A DNA stretch of 64,000 nucleotides from Myxococcota bacterium (GTDB taxonomy: Bacteria; Myxococcota_A; UBA9160; UBA4427), in assembly GCA_029243605.1 (NCBI GenBank), contig JAQWRT010000015.1:99392-163391 (forward strand), read 5' to 3'. Of the stretch, positions 8,026 through 17,402 are shown in pieces. Each line of letters starts with the position of its first letter. Positions within the stretch are counted from its first letter, which is position 1. Under the pieces are notes generated by a model. The model ran no database searches and was not told where the DNA came from. It was given only the letters and a program-made list of their open reading frames with translations. The translations under genes were made by a program, and so were the position numbers.

Positions 8026-8727
8026 TCATTCGGAGAGCCGCACGTCTGAGTCCAGTTGACCATCGACGAGATTGATGAGTCGGTCCGCCGACTCAAAAAC
8101 TCGGGCATCCTGGGTGACCATGAGTACGGTGGTGCCTCGCTCATGGGCGAGCTCAGCGAGTAACCCGAGAACGATCTCGGTGTTTTCCCCGTCGAGGGCC
8201 GCCGTGGGTTCGTCGGCGAGGACCAGGGCCGGGCGGTGTACCAGGGCTCGGGCGATGGCGACTCTCTGCCTTTGGCCGCCGGAGAGTTGGTGGGGGCGAT
8301 AGTCGAGCCGTTCCCCCAGGCCGAGCTGGGTCAGCAGCGCACGAATGCGGTCGTCCATTTGGTCGGCGGCTTCGGGGTGAAGGTCTCCAGCCATCTGGAC
8401 GCTCTGAAAGGCCGTGAGTGCAGGGAAGAGGTTGTGGAGCTGAAAGATGAAGCCGAGTTGCTGGCGATAGCTTTCGAGTCCCGGGCTCTCGAGGGTATTG
8501 AGGTCGTGACCCAGGACATTCAGTTGTCCGCCCTGGGGCCGGCGCAGGGCACCCACCAAGGAGAGCAGGGTTGTCTTACCCGAGCCCGAAGGCCCCGTCA
8601 TGATCGCGAACTCACCGGGTTCGAGAGAGAGATCAATCTCGAAGAGAACCTGCTTGGCGGTTTCGCCCGTTCCGAACGAGTAGTCCAGCCCTGCGATTTC
8701 AATGGCCTTGTTCGCTGCGGAAGTCAT
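8026..8727 (-). CDS. ABC exporter ATP-binding subunit, DevA-like
   Basis: Walker A GPSGSGKTT, ABC signature LSGGQRQRVAIARAL, Walker B LVLADEPTAALD. The ATG at 8727 has a GGAG about 6 nt upstream. Operon context with DevC/DevB-like genes. Confidence 0.9.
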   Translation of the reverse strand: MTSAANKAIEIAGLDYSFGTGETAKQVLFEIDLSLEPGEFAIMTGPSGSGKTTLLSLVGALRRPQGGQLNVLGHDLNTLESPGLESYRQQLGFIFQLHNLFPALTAFQSVQMAGDLHPEAADQMDDRIRALLTQLGLGERLDYRPHQLSGGQRQRVAIARALVHRPALVLADEPTAALDGENTEIVLGLLAELAHERGTTVLMVTQDARVFESADRLINLVDGQLDSDVRLSE

Positions 8728-8803
8728 GGAAGCTCCAGGCGCTCGCTTGATCGAAAATTCTCGAGTTGAGGATACATTCGTTTCGCCCGGGCTTCCTCCC
8801 GGC

Positions 8804-9943
8804 TTAGAAGAGTTCAGCAGGCTCAAGATTGCGGACTTTGCGCAGGGCGAGGGTTCCGGCCAACGTGCACATGCTGACGGCGAGGAGACCCACATTGAGA
8901 GCATCGCCCAAGCTTATGCCCGCTGGGAGCCCACTGCTCCAGCCAAGGACTGCCAGCATGAACGACCCCAGGACGAGAGAAGGCACGAAGCCCAGGGCGG
9001 AAAGCAGCACGGACTCGACCATGACGACGAATTGGATGTAGCTATCTCCGTAGCCCATGGCCTTGAGCGTGGCGAATTCGGCGAGGTGGTCGAGGACTTC
9101 GGTGTAGAGAATCTGATAACAGATGACGACTCCGACCGCGAAGCCGAGGGCAACGCCGACGAGCAAGATGACACTAATGGGGGTGCCCGTGCGCCAATAG
9201 TCGAGGTCGCGGTCGATCAGTTGGGCTTTCGAGAAAGCTCGCACATCGCCGGGAAGTGTGAGAGCGAGATTTTCGAGGACCCGATTCATTTCGGCGCCAG
9301 GCTTGAGCCTGAGTAGGGCAATTTCGATCCAGTCAGGGCTCTGGCGTGTCAGCTCGAAAAAGGTTTCGTCCGAGACAAGAAGGCTGCCATCGACTTCGAA
9401 ATCCGTGCCCAAGGGAAAGCTGCCGACGATTTCGATTTCCCGGAGGCTCACCTGGGCGATGCCATCGGGTAATTTGCCGTAGGAATCCCGGGCGTGGGAG
9501 TCCAGAAATGCCGTTCCGATGCGATTGAGCTTGTCGACGTTTTCGTTTACCTCGTCGATGAGAAAGGTGGGCTCCCTGGGATTGAAGCCGATCACCCGAA
9601 TCGGGTGCAGGGTCTCCTCCTCGAGATTCTTCCACTGTTCGAGAGCGATCCAGAGAGGGGAAGCGCTTTCGACCCCCTCGACGGAAAGGGCCTGATAGAG
9701 CCTCTCCTTGTGCATTCTGTTTCGGGCAAGGAAGGGGTCCTTCTCCTTGTTGATGACGAGGATATCCGCATCGACTTCGCGCAGGAGCTGGATCGCGCTG
9801 TCCAAAAGTGCGTTTCGAAAACCGATTTGGAGCAGCATCAGGAGCAGGGCGAATGTGACTCCGCCCACTGAGGCGATGAGGCGCCCTCGCTCGTGCATCA
9901 GGAGCCTGAACGAAAAAACGACTGCCCTCATGAGTTTGAGCAT
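8804..9943 (-). CDS. ABC exporter permease, DevC/FtsX-like (paralog 2)
   Basis: N-terminal TM (RLIASVGGVTFALLLMLLQIGF), a large periplasmic region, and a C-terminal FtsX-type TM bundle. Its start shares one nt with the stop of the upstream permease (TGATG on the minus strand at 9945-9941). Confidence 0.85.
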   Translation of the reverse strand: MLKLMRAVVFSFRLLMHERGRLIASVGGVTFALLLMLLQIGFRNALLDSAIQLLREVDADILVINKEKDPFLARNRMHKERLYQALSVEGVESASPLWIALEQWKNLEEETLHPIRVIGFNPREPTFLIDEVNENVDKLNRIGTAFLDSHARDSYGKLPDGIAQVSLREIEIVGSFPLGTDFEVDGSLLVSDETFFELTRQSPDWIEIALLRLKPGAEMNRVLENLALTLPGDVRAFSKAQLIDRDLDYWRTGTPISVILLVGVALGFAVGVVICYQILYTEVLDHLAEFATLKAMGYGDSYIQFVVMVESVLLSALGFVPSLVLGSFMLAVLGWSSGLPAGISLGDALNVGLLAVSMCTLAGTLALRKVRNLEPAELF

Positions 9944-11127
9944 CAGAAGAGCTCCGCCGGGTCAGCTCGCTGGAGCCGGCGAGCCGAGATCAGCGCCGAC
10001 AGGGAACACATGATGAGGCTGAGAGCCAGAATGCCCAGTACCAAGCTTGGCGTCATGTAGATCGGGAGATCCGTAATGTCCTGGATCAGGGGGAAGGCGA
10101 CGAGGCTGAGGAAAAGAGCCGGGCCAAATCCGAGCAGGGCGTAGATCCAGGCCTGTTCGATGATGTAGCGAATTAACTGTTTTTGGGAATAACCCATGGC
10201 GCGGAGTGTGGCGTAGAGGGGGAGGTGATTGCGAATATCGGTGGAGAGAATCTGGAAGAGCACGACCAACCCCACGAGGAACCCGGCCAGGGTACCCATT
10301 CCAAAGATGTCACCGACGGCGGTGTTCTCCACCCAGTGCTGAGTTTGCAGATCGTTCAGTTCGCTTTGGGTGATGACACGGACGTCCTTGGGAAGAGTCT
10401 GCTTGAGGGCCTCGGCGACCTGGTCGACATCGCTGCCCGGTGCGAGGCGAACCAATCCGAGATGGGGTGAGTCCAGGGGGTGGTTGGCGAAGAAGCGGGA
10501 GAATGTGTCGTCGCTCATAAGCATGGCGCCGGCGGCGAGGAAACCGACGCCGAGTTTGAAGTCGCCGACGACCTGGGCGCTCTGGTTGCGCACTTCGACC
10601 TTGCCGTCGGGATCTCGGGGGCCGCATTTATCGCGGGTCATTCGATCGAGGAGGACGGTGCTGGTGGGTTTCAGGGCCTCTAATTGCTCGGTCACCCCGG
10701 GCAGGATCAACGGCGAAGTGTCCGTGTCCGCGGCGATGGGGAAGCCGATGGCAAAGAGCCGACAGTTGGCACCGTTGACCGGGTCTCGCCAATTCGCGTA
10801 GCGAAAGTAGACGGGGGTCGTCCCGATGACTTCGGGTTGGGTTTGGGCCTGGTAGAGGCGGCTGGCGGGGATCGTGCCCGTGGCCCCCAGATAGGCGAAG
10901 CGCGGTGAGATCAAGACGATGTCGGCGTCGAAGCGGCCCGAAACAGCGAGCGCCGTATTCAGCACTGCACCGTAGAAGCCGAGTTGGACGAACATGACCA
11001 GGATTGCGAAGCCGATGCCGGCGGCGGCCACCGCGGTACGGGTCTTCTTGTGCGACACCAGTTGGATGGAGAAGGGGACCGGTCGCGAGGGGCCGCTCCG
11101 TCGTGTGTACGCGGATACGGGGCTCAA
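9943..11127 (-). CDS. ABC exporter permease, DevC/FtsX-like (paralog 1)
   Basis: Same architecture as the neighbouring permease (TAVAAAGIGFAILVMFVQLGF ... C-terminal FtsX-type TMs, ending PAELF like its paralog). The TTG start overlaps the devB-like stop (TTGA). Confidence 0.85.
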   Translation of the reverse strand: MSPVSAYTRRSGPSRPVPFSIQLVSHKKTRTAVAAAGIGFAILVMFVQLGFYGAVLNTALAVSGRFDADIVLISPRFAYLGATGTIPASRLYQAQTQPEVIGTTPVYFRYANWRDPVNGANCRLFAIGFPIAADTDTSPLILPGVTEQLEALKPTSTVLLDRMTRDKCGPRDPDGKVEVRNQSAQVVGDFKLGVGFLAAGAMLMSDDTFSRFFANHPLDSPHLGLVRLAPGSDVDQVAEALKQTLPKDVRVITQSELNDLQTQHWVENTAVGDIFGMGTLAGFLVGLVVLFQILSTDIRNHLPLYATLRAMGYSQKQLIRYIIEQAWIYALLGFGPALFLSLVAFPLIQDITDLPIYMTPSLVLGILALSLIMCSLSALISARRLQRADPAELF

Positions 11128-12146
11128 GGCTCTTCGGCTGGCCCCAGGTGAATACGGAGCTGACCCTCGAGGTTGGTCATCCTTTCGGCCAACTCGTTCT
11201 TCTCGAGGAGAACCCGTACCTGGACGATGCGCAGCCCCCGAGGCGCGGTGGGGTCCTCGCCGGTCACGCTATTGCTGAAGATCATTTCGCCCACCGAAGA
11301 GACGCTCCCCTCCAAGGAGTCGGGCAATGCGGGGCTCGTGAAGGTTGCCTTCTGGCCCACTTCCACCAACCGGATTTCGTTGGCATGCACCTCGGCGACG
11401 GCCACCATGTTGTTCGTGTCCCCGATGCTCAGCACCGGGTTCATGTCGACGCGCTCGCCCTGCTTCATCAGGATCCGTAGGACACGGCCGGCGATGGGCG
11501 ACTTGATCATGGTGCTTCCCATGCGCGACTCGGCCTGGGTGACCTGGTTTTGGGCTTCCCGAAGGACGAGGTCCACGTTGGCGGTTTTCCGTTCGAGGAG
11601 GGCGCGGGCTTCGTGGAGATGCTCCTCGGCCCGCCGTACCTGGAGCTGGGCGTCCCGGAACTCCTTCCCCGCGCTAAAACCTTTGCGGCTCAGCCCCTCC
11701 TGGCTCGTGACCTCCTCCCGGGCGTAGGCGAGTTCGGCTTCGATGGCGCGGACTCGGGCGAGTTGGGCGTCCACCTCCAGGGGTTCGAGGCGCGCGCGCT
11801 CCAAGTCGATACGTGCGGCCTCGAGTTCGGCGGCGCGGAGCGGGTAGCTTCCGAGCAAGACGAGTACCTGGTCGGTGAGGACATGACTCCCCTCCTGGAC
11901 GAGGATCTGCTGGATCACGTCGTTGGAAGCGGCGGCGACGTTCACGACCCGACTCGAGGGCTCCAGGCGAGCGAGGGAAACCAGGCTCGTACGCTCGGGT
12001 GTTGTTGAGGCCGGCGCTTTGGTCGCCGGGGACGGGGCGGGTTCGGCCAGAGACTCGCCGCAGCCCACCGTCCCAAGGGCCCAGAGGCCGATCGTGGCGA
12101 GCACGAGGGCCGCTTTCCGAATCTGGGTGTTGTCGGGCGTAGGCAT
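11124..12146 (-). CDS. HlyD/DevB-family periplasmic adaptor (membrane fusion) lipoprotein
   Basis: Signal peptide with lipobox-type cysteine (LWALGTVGC). Long coiled-coil-like Ala/Glu/Arg/Leu region, then a beta-barrel C-terminus typical of membrane fusion proteins. First gene of the exporter operon. Confidence 0.85.
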   Translation of the reverse strand: MPTPDNTQIRKAALVLATIGLWALGTVGCGESLAEPAPSPATKAPASTTPERTSLVSLARLEPSSRVVNVAAASNDVIQQILVQEGSHVLTDQVLVLLGSYPLRAAELEAARIDLERARLEPLEVDAQLARVRAIEAELAYAREEVTSQEGLSRKGFSAGKEFRDAQLQVRRAEEHLHEARALLERKTANVDLVLREAQNQVTQAESRMGSTMIKSPIAGRVLRILMKQGERVDMNPVLSIGDTNNMVAVAEVHANEIRLVEVGQKATFTSPALPDSLEGSVSSVGEMIFSNSVTGEDPTAPRGLRIVQVRVLLEKNELAERMTNLEGQLRIHLGPAEEP

Positions 12147-12316
12147 GGGGAATGAGGCCGGTCTTCCTGCTCTCCGAGGAGGCGGCCCAAGCGGCCCACG
12201 ACTCGTCCGGAAATGGTTGGCGGGGGCGGTTTAGGGGAGGGGCCGCCTCGCCCCCCAGCGCGCGGCGCGAGTATAGGGGCGGCTCCGGGGGCTGCGCTAT
12301 CCGCTGCCCCTCGGGG

Positions 12317-12343
12317 AAAAAGAGGCTCTCAGGGCGCCCTGAG
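12317..12343 (-). terminator. Possible intrinsic terminator after the amidohydrolase gene
   Basis: The minus-strand RNA reads CUCAGGGCGCCCUGAG (perfect 16-nt palindrome, 12328-12343, containing the stop codon), followed by AGCCUCUUUUUCCCC. The stem must open to form a loop and the U-tract is short. Confidence 0.3.
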
Positions 12344-13789
12344 GGGCTCTAGAGCCGACTCAGTTCGTCCCCAAACTCGTTTTCCGTCGATCCACACGGC
12401 GCTCAGGTCCTTGGCGTCCAGGCGCAGCCGAGCCTGGCGCCAGGGGCGATCGAGGAGCATCAGGTCGGCGGGCTGTCCGGCGGCCAGGGGGCCGCGCGGC
12501 TGGCCCGGTGCCTCGAGCGGCGAGGTGAAGAGGCCGAGAGCCTGCTCGGGGGTCAAAGCCTCTTCCTCGACGCGCATGCCGGCTCCCCCGGCCGAGCGCC
12601 GCTCCACCGCGGCCCGCATGGCCGCCCAGGGATCGCACGCGCCGAAGGGGGCATCGGTGCCTCCGCCCAGGGGCACCTGGGCCTCGATGAAACCCCGGCC
12701 GCGGTAGAGCCAGGGTTGGTCGTGCCGGGGAACCTCTCGGCGGTAGACGTCCCCTCTTTCGAGCAAGAAATTCGGTTGGGTCACCACGGTGACCCCGAGC
12801 CTCGCGAGCCATTCCACGATATCCGGGGGCGCCAGGCTGGCGTGCTCGATGCGGTCGCCGGGCCCGCCCCCGGCGCTCTCGAGGGCGGCGGCGGCCATCA
12901 CGATTTCGGCTCGGGTAACGCAGTGAAAAGCCACCCGGCGCCGGTCGCGGTGGGCCTGGCGAATTTTGTCGACGAGGGCGTGCTCTTCGGGGAGGTGGTC
13001 CTCGTCGAGCATCACCTTCAGTTCGCCGCAGTGCATGGAGGGCGTTCGGTGCAAGGGCAGGCTCGGGTCCCCCATCACCCGGAGTCGCTGGGGCAATTCC
13101 CCCGAGACCTTCGCCGCGGCCAGGAGCGCCCAGGCCTCCGGGCCGTTGCTGGGGGTGGCGTCGCAGACGCCGGTCACTCCGAGACGGGCGAGTTCGGCGC
13201 CCACTTCGCCCAGACCGGGAGGGCTGGCGGAACCCATGCGCTCGCGCAGCCAGGGGTCGGCCCGGCGCAAACGGCCCTGGGCCCGGTCTTCGGCGTCCGG
13301 GTCTTTCGCCGTTTTCCCGGGGCCCTCGGTCCCCAGGTCCAGGGCGGCGAGGCCCTTGGAATTGACGAACCAGAAGACGCCGCTTCGGTGCTGTATGCGA
13401 ACCGGGACGTCATCCACCATCGAATCGATACGATGGCGATCGAGGGGGCCGGCGACGCTCTCGTGGTAACCGACGCCGCGCACCCAGCGGGCGCTTCCCT
13501 CGGCTTCGCGAGCTTGGGAAGCGGCCTTTTTCAAAGCCGTCTCCAATTCGGATGCGTTGCCCACCGTCGGGGGGCCGCAGGCCACCGAGTCCCGGGCGGC
13601 GGCGAGGGCGAGCAGATGGATATGGTGGTCGTGGAGGCCGGGCAGCAGGGCGCCGGCTCGGGCATCCAGGCGTGCCTCGCCGGACTCGGGCCCGAGCGTC
13701 GGGCCCAGGTCGGCGATGCGTCCGTCGCGGATGCGCAGGGCTGCCCGGGCGCCATTGATCTCCGCGTTCTCGATGAGGAGCGGGGTCAT
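12329..13789 (-). CDS. Metal-dependent amidohydrolase (YtcJ-like, amidohydrolase family 3)
   Basis: The ATG at 13789 gives MTPLLIENAEING.., with HxH metal site LPGLHDHHIHLL. The 136 upstream codons of the track ORF are Arg/Pro/Gly shadow over the upstream gene. The start overlaps the upstream stop (ATGA). Confidence 0.8.
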   Translation of the reverse strand: MTPLLIENAEINGARAALRIRDGRIADLGPTLGPESGEARLDARAGALLPGLHDHHIHLLALAAARDSVACGPPTVGNASELETALKKAASQAREAEGSARWVRGVGYHESVAGPLDRHRIDSMVDDVPVRIQHRSGVFWFVNSKGLAALDLGTEGPGKTAKDPDAEDRAQGRLRRADPWLRERMGSASPPGLGEVGAELARLGVTGVCDATPSNGPEAWALLAAAKVSGELPQRLRVMGDPSLPLHRTPSMHCGELKVMLDEDHLPEEHALVDKIRQAHRDRRRVAFHCVTRAEIVMAAAALESAGGGPGDRIEHASLAPPDIVEWLARLGVTVVTQPNFLLERGDVYRREVPRHDQPWLYRGRGFIEAQVPLGGGTDAPFGACDPWAAMRAAVERRSAGGAGMRVEEEALTPEQALGLFTSPLEAPGQPRGPLAAGQPADLMLLDRPWRQARLRLDAKDLSAVWIDGKRVWGRTESALEPLRAP

Positions 13790-15186
13790 GAGCGGGTGCC
13801 GGGCTGGGTTGGTTGGGCCACGGCGGCGAGCAGGCGGGCGGTATCGGCGCCAAGGGCAGCGGCTGGACCCCGGCTCTCTCGGGCCCGGGGCGGCGCCACA
13901 GCCTCGACCCCGGTTGCGGTGAGCACCTGCCAACCCCGGTGGTGGGCGGCGATTTCGACCCCGGTCTCGGGGCCGGCCGCGGCCAGGGCGTGCCGGGTGA
14001 CCGCCGAGAGGGAGACGTCGAGCAGGGCTCCCCGGCCCCGCCGGTGGTGGGCGAGAGAGGCGACCGCAGCATGAAGGCCTGTGAGCGGATCCGCGATGGC
14101 GTCCCCGCAGAAAGAGGGAGGAGCGCTGTCCCCGTACCGGATGGCCGCGCCCGCACCCACCGCAGCGTCGTCTCCGAAGCCGACCCAGTGACCGCATTCG
14201 CCTTGGCGCCCGTGCCCGGTGATGGAGAGCCAGACGCGACCCGAACCTCCGCCGACCAGATCCTCGGCGGAGATTCCGAGTTGAGCCAGGGCCCGGGGGC
14301 GAGCGCTTTCCACCACGATCTCAGCCCACTCGAGAAGCCGGTGGAATTCGGCCATGCCCGGGCGCGAGTCGAGGTCGAGGACCACGCTTTGTTTGCCCGC
14401 GTTCATGAGGTCGTAGAAGCCGGTTTCACCCCGCCGGGCCCCATCGGGGCGCCCCCGGCTTTCGAGCTTGATGACGTCGGCGCCCGCTGCGGCGAGGAGT
14501 TGGGCGCAGAGCGGGCCGGCCCAGAGCGAGGAAAGATCGAGCACCCGGGGCGAGGTCGAAGCCGGTCCGGGGCGGGGGGTGCCGGGGCCGATTCGAAGCC
14601 ACGGCTCCGGGGCCGGGGATGGCGCGGGGGCGGGCAGGGCGGCCAGGGCCAGTCCCAAAAGGCGCCCCCGGTTGACCCAGGCCTCGGTTGTTCGCTGGGG
14701 GAGCACCCGCTCGGCGAATGCCCACGGGTCTTCTCCAGGCTGCGGGGTGCGCTCGAGCCAGGCCGGCAGGAGTTCCCGATCGTCCGAACGCGGTAGGTTG
14801 ACGGCCAGCCAGCCGTCCCGAGCGGCGAGCAGACGGCAGCCACCCCCCGGTGCGATGGGTCCCCGGCGGGTGAGGTTCATGCGCGCTGCCCGTTCGCCGA
14901 GCAGGGCGGGGCCGTCGAGGCGGGCGAGGTCGGGGCTCTCCGGGGCCAGGGACGCCAGGGCCAGGGCCGCGCCCCGGGCGGCCAGGGCCAGGGGCCCCGG
15001 CGACAAGGCCGGCGGGCCGGCCGCCGGGCCCGTCAGAGACATGGCTCCCGAGCGAGCCCATTCGGCCGCGGGAGAGAGTCCGGGGTCGAGCGCCGAGCTT
15101 TTGGGCAGGGGGGCCGGGGCCACTCCGCAGTCGGCCAACAGGTCTCGGGCGTAGTCCGAGGCTGAGGGGGTGAGGGGGGCGGGCAT
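13786..15186 (-). CDS. Family III (CaiB/BaiF) CoA-transferase-like protein with an extra N-terminal ~200-aa region
   Basis: The canonical N-terminal CaiB motif occurs only at about residue 215 (VLDLSSLWAGPLCAQLLAAAGADVIKLE). It is followed by ITGHGRQG and a complete domain. The preceding region resembles the middle/small-domain part of the same family. Confidence 0.75.
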   Translation of the reverse strand: MPAPLTPSASDYARDLLADCGVAPAPLPKSSALDPGLSPAAEWARSGAMSLTGPAAGPPALSPGPLALAARGAALALASLAPESPDLARLDGPALLGERAARMNLTRRGPIAPGGGCRLLAARDGWLAVNLPRSDDRELLPAWLERTPQPGEDPWAFAERVLPQRTTEAWVNRGRLLGLALAALPAPAPSPAPEPWLRIGPGTPRPGPASTSPRVLDLSSLWAGPLCAQLLAAAGADVIKLESRGRPDGARRGETGFYDLMNAGKQSVVLDLDSRPGMAEFHRLLEWAEIVVESARPRALAQLGISAEDLVGGGSGRVWLSITGHGRQGECGHWVGFGDDAAVGAGAAIRYGDSAPPSFCGDAIADPLTGLHAAVASLAHHRRGRGALLDVSLSAVTRHALAAAGPETGVEIAAHHRGWQVLTATGVEAVAPPRARESRGPAAALGADTARLLAAVAQPTQPGTRS

Positions 15187-15530
15187 GCTTTGGGCTCCGG
15201 TGCGATCGGGTGCCGGACCGACGGCGTCGGATTTCGCTCGTCGGGCGGGGCCCTGCCGGGACAGAACTTCAGCCGGGCTGCAAGGACCCCAGGACCCGGG
15301 AAGACAAGGCTAACATCCGCCGCCCATTGCGGCTATTTTCCCGACCCCGCTCGATGCGGTGGCGCTTTCGGTGGCGTAGGCCTCGTTGCTCTTAATCCAG
15401 CGGCGGGCAGGTCCCCAAGCGGGATCGGTGCGGAGAGGCCGCACGGATCGCGAGCCAGGAGATGCCCCGGCCAAGGAGCCGGGGGAGCGAAGAACCCGGA
15501 TTCGTTCGGGCAAGACGAAAGGGAGAAAAT

Positions 15531-15842
15531 ATGGCGGTCCTCAAGGCCGGTACCCGTTTGAAGAGCAGCGTGTGCAGCACCGAGGTGATGGTGGTCGCGG
15601 CGCCCAAAGACGATGTGGAAGTGACGTGCGGCGGAGCTCCGTTGGCGGAGTTGGGCGCGGATACTCCCGACGGAGGCTCCATCGCGGAAGGCGCCGCCGA
15701 GGGCACCCAGATCGGCAAGCGCTACGTGAACGAAGCCGGTGATCTTGAGATCCTGTGCACGAAGCCCGGTGAAGGATCGCTGGGCGTGGGCGGAGCTCTC
15801 TTGACCGTGAAGGGCGCCAAGCCTCTCCCGTCGTCCGACTAA
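15531..15842 (+). CDS. Small conserved hypothetical protein (103 aa)
   Basis: GGGAGA lies 5 nt upstream of the ATG at 15531. Strong third-position GC bias. It leads the co-directional AMP-ligase/crotonase/CoA-transferase genes. No catalytic motif recognised. Confidence 0.6.
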   Translation: MAVLKAGTRLKSSVCSTEVMVVAAPKDDVEVTCGGAPLAELGADTPDGGSIAEGAAEGTQIGKRYVNEAGDLEILCTKPGEGSLGVGGALLTVKGAKPLPSSD

Positions 15843-15896
15843 CGCTGGAACCAAAGCCCGGATCCTAAGCCAGGAACCCAAGCCAGGGAATTCACG

Positions 15897-17402
15897 ATGA
15901 ATTTGATGATGTTGTTGGAGATGGCCGCCGAGGGGATGGGCGACCGGGTGGCCGTGGTGAGCGGCGACGTTCGATTGACCTACGGCGAGCTCTTCGAGGC
16001 CTCGGGCCGGGCGGCTGCCCGCTTGCGGGCGAGCGAGCTCGATCACCTCGCGATTCTCGATACGAGTAGCCCAGCCCTACCCGTGGCGGTTTTTGCCGCG
16101 GCCTGGGCGGGCAAGCCCTTCGTCCCGCTCAACTATCGCCTGACGGGCGACGAACTCGACCGCTTGCTCGAGCAGATCCTGCCGGGGCAACTCATCACCG
16201 ACGCCGACCGAGTGGACAGCCTGGCCGGTCGCTCGGGCCTCGAAGTGATCGGACGGGGTGATTACCTGGCCAGCGCTCGTGCTAAGGATGCCGAGTCTTT
16301 GGAACGCGAGTGGTCCATGGACCCCGATGAAATCGCGATCCTACTCTTCACCAGCGGGACAACGGGTCCGCCCAAGGCGGCGGTGATCCGTCACAAGCAC
16401 CTGGTCAGCTATATCCTGATGTCGGTGGAGTTTATGTCCGCCGACGAAAATGATGCCGCCCTGGTTTGTGTCCCGCCCTACCATATTGCCGGGATGGCGG
16501 CGATCGCCAGCTCGGTCTACGCGGGCCGTCGCATCGTTCAGTTGCCGAATTTTACGCCCGAGGCCTGGCTCGAATTGGCTCGTAAGGAGCAGGTCACCAA
16601 CGCCTTCGTGGTGCCGACCATGCTGGCCCGGATCGTCGAGTTGCTCGAGGGTGAGGGAAGCGCCGATCTCCCGCACCTGCGCGCGCTGTCCTATGGCGGC
16701 GGCAAGATGCCCCAGTCGGTGATCGAGCGGGCACTGGAACTCTTCCCGGAAACGAATTTTGCCAACGCCTATGGGTTGACGGAAACGAGCTCGACGATTT
16801 CGATTCTCGGTCCCGAGGATCACCGCGCCGCCATCGTCAGCGACGATCCCAAGGTGCGTCGCCGCCTGGTCTCGGTGGGGCAGCCCCTGCCGGCCATCGA
16901 GGTCGAAATTCGCGACGATGAGGGCAATGCTCTCGGAGCCAATGAGCGTGGAGAGATCTACGTGCGGGGGGAACAGGTCTCCGGCGAATACCTAGGGAAG
17001 GGCAGCCAGGTTCAGGAAGACGGGTTTTTCCCCACTCGGGACGGTGGCTCCCTGGATGAGGACGGATATCTCTTCATCGAGGGCCGAATCGACGACATCA
17101 TCGTTCGCGGGGGTGAGAATATTTCTCCCGGCGAGATCGAGGATGTCCTGCTCAAACACGAAGCCATCGCCGACGCCGCTGTGGTCGGACTCCCGGACGA
17201 GCAATGGGGCGAGAAGGTCGTGGCTGCGGTGGTCTACAAGGCGGGCGATTCGGCCTCTGAGGCCGAACTTCAGCAATGGGTGAAGGATCGCTTGCGTTCG
17301 TCGCGAACCCCCGAGAGCTTCGATTTCTGGCCTGAGTTGCCGTATAACGAGACGGGTAAATTGCTGCGCCGGACGGTGCGCTCCCGGCTGATGGCCGGGT
17401 GA
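15897..17402 (+). CDS. Acyl-CoA synthetase (AMP-forming, ANL superfamily)
   Basis: AMP-binding motifs LLFTSGTTGPPKAAV, YGLTETSS, and DGYLFIEGRIDDIIVRGGENISPGEIE. Confidence 0.9.
   Translation: MNLMMLLEMAAEGMGDRVAVVSGDVRLTYGELFEASGRAAARLRASELDHLAILDTSSPALPVAVFAAAWAGKPFVPLNYRLTGDELDRLLEQILPGQLITDADRVDSLAGRSGLEVIGRGDYLASARAKDAESLEREWSMDPDEIAILLFTSGTTGPPKAAVIRHKHLVSYILMSVEFMSADENDAALVCVPPYHIAGMAAIASSVYAGRRIVQLPNFTPEAWLELARKEQVTNAFVVPTMLARIVELLEGEGSADLPHLRALSYGGGKMPQSVIERALELFPETNFANAYGLTETSSTISILGPEDHRAAIVSDDPKVRRRLVSVGQPLPAIEVEIRDDEGNALGANERGEIYVRGEQVSGEYLGKGSQVQEDGFFPTRDGGSLDEDGYLFIEGRIDDIIVRGGENISPGEIEDVLLKHEAIADAAVVGLPDEQWGEKVVAAVVYKAGDSASEAELQQWVKDRLRSSRTPESFDFWPELPYNETGKLLRRTVRSRLMAG

Noticed and set aside
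7905-8144. N-terminal extensions in the track ORFs: FGGY kinase to 8144, amidohydrolase to 14197, ACAD to 44604, pheT to 39569, OMP to 47238, esterase to 55172, ADH to 34488.
   Set aside because: The extensions overlap upstream genes or intergenic DNA and are compositionally biased. Internal starts reproduce the conserved family N-termini, often with an RBS or with start/stop coupling to the upstream gene.
12345-12356. Perfect 12-nt palindrome GGCTCTAGAGCC.
   Set aside because: It lies inside the amidohydrolase coding region and is short enough to occur by chance. No second copy was noticed in the window.
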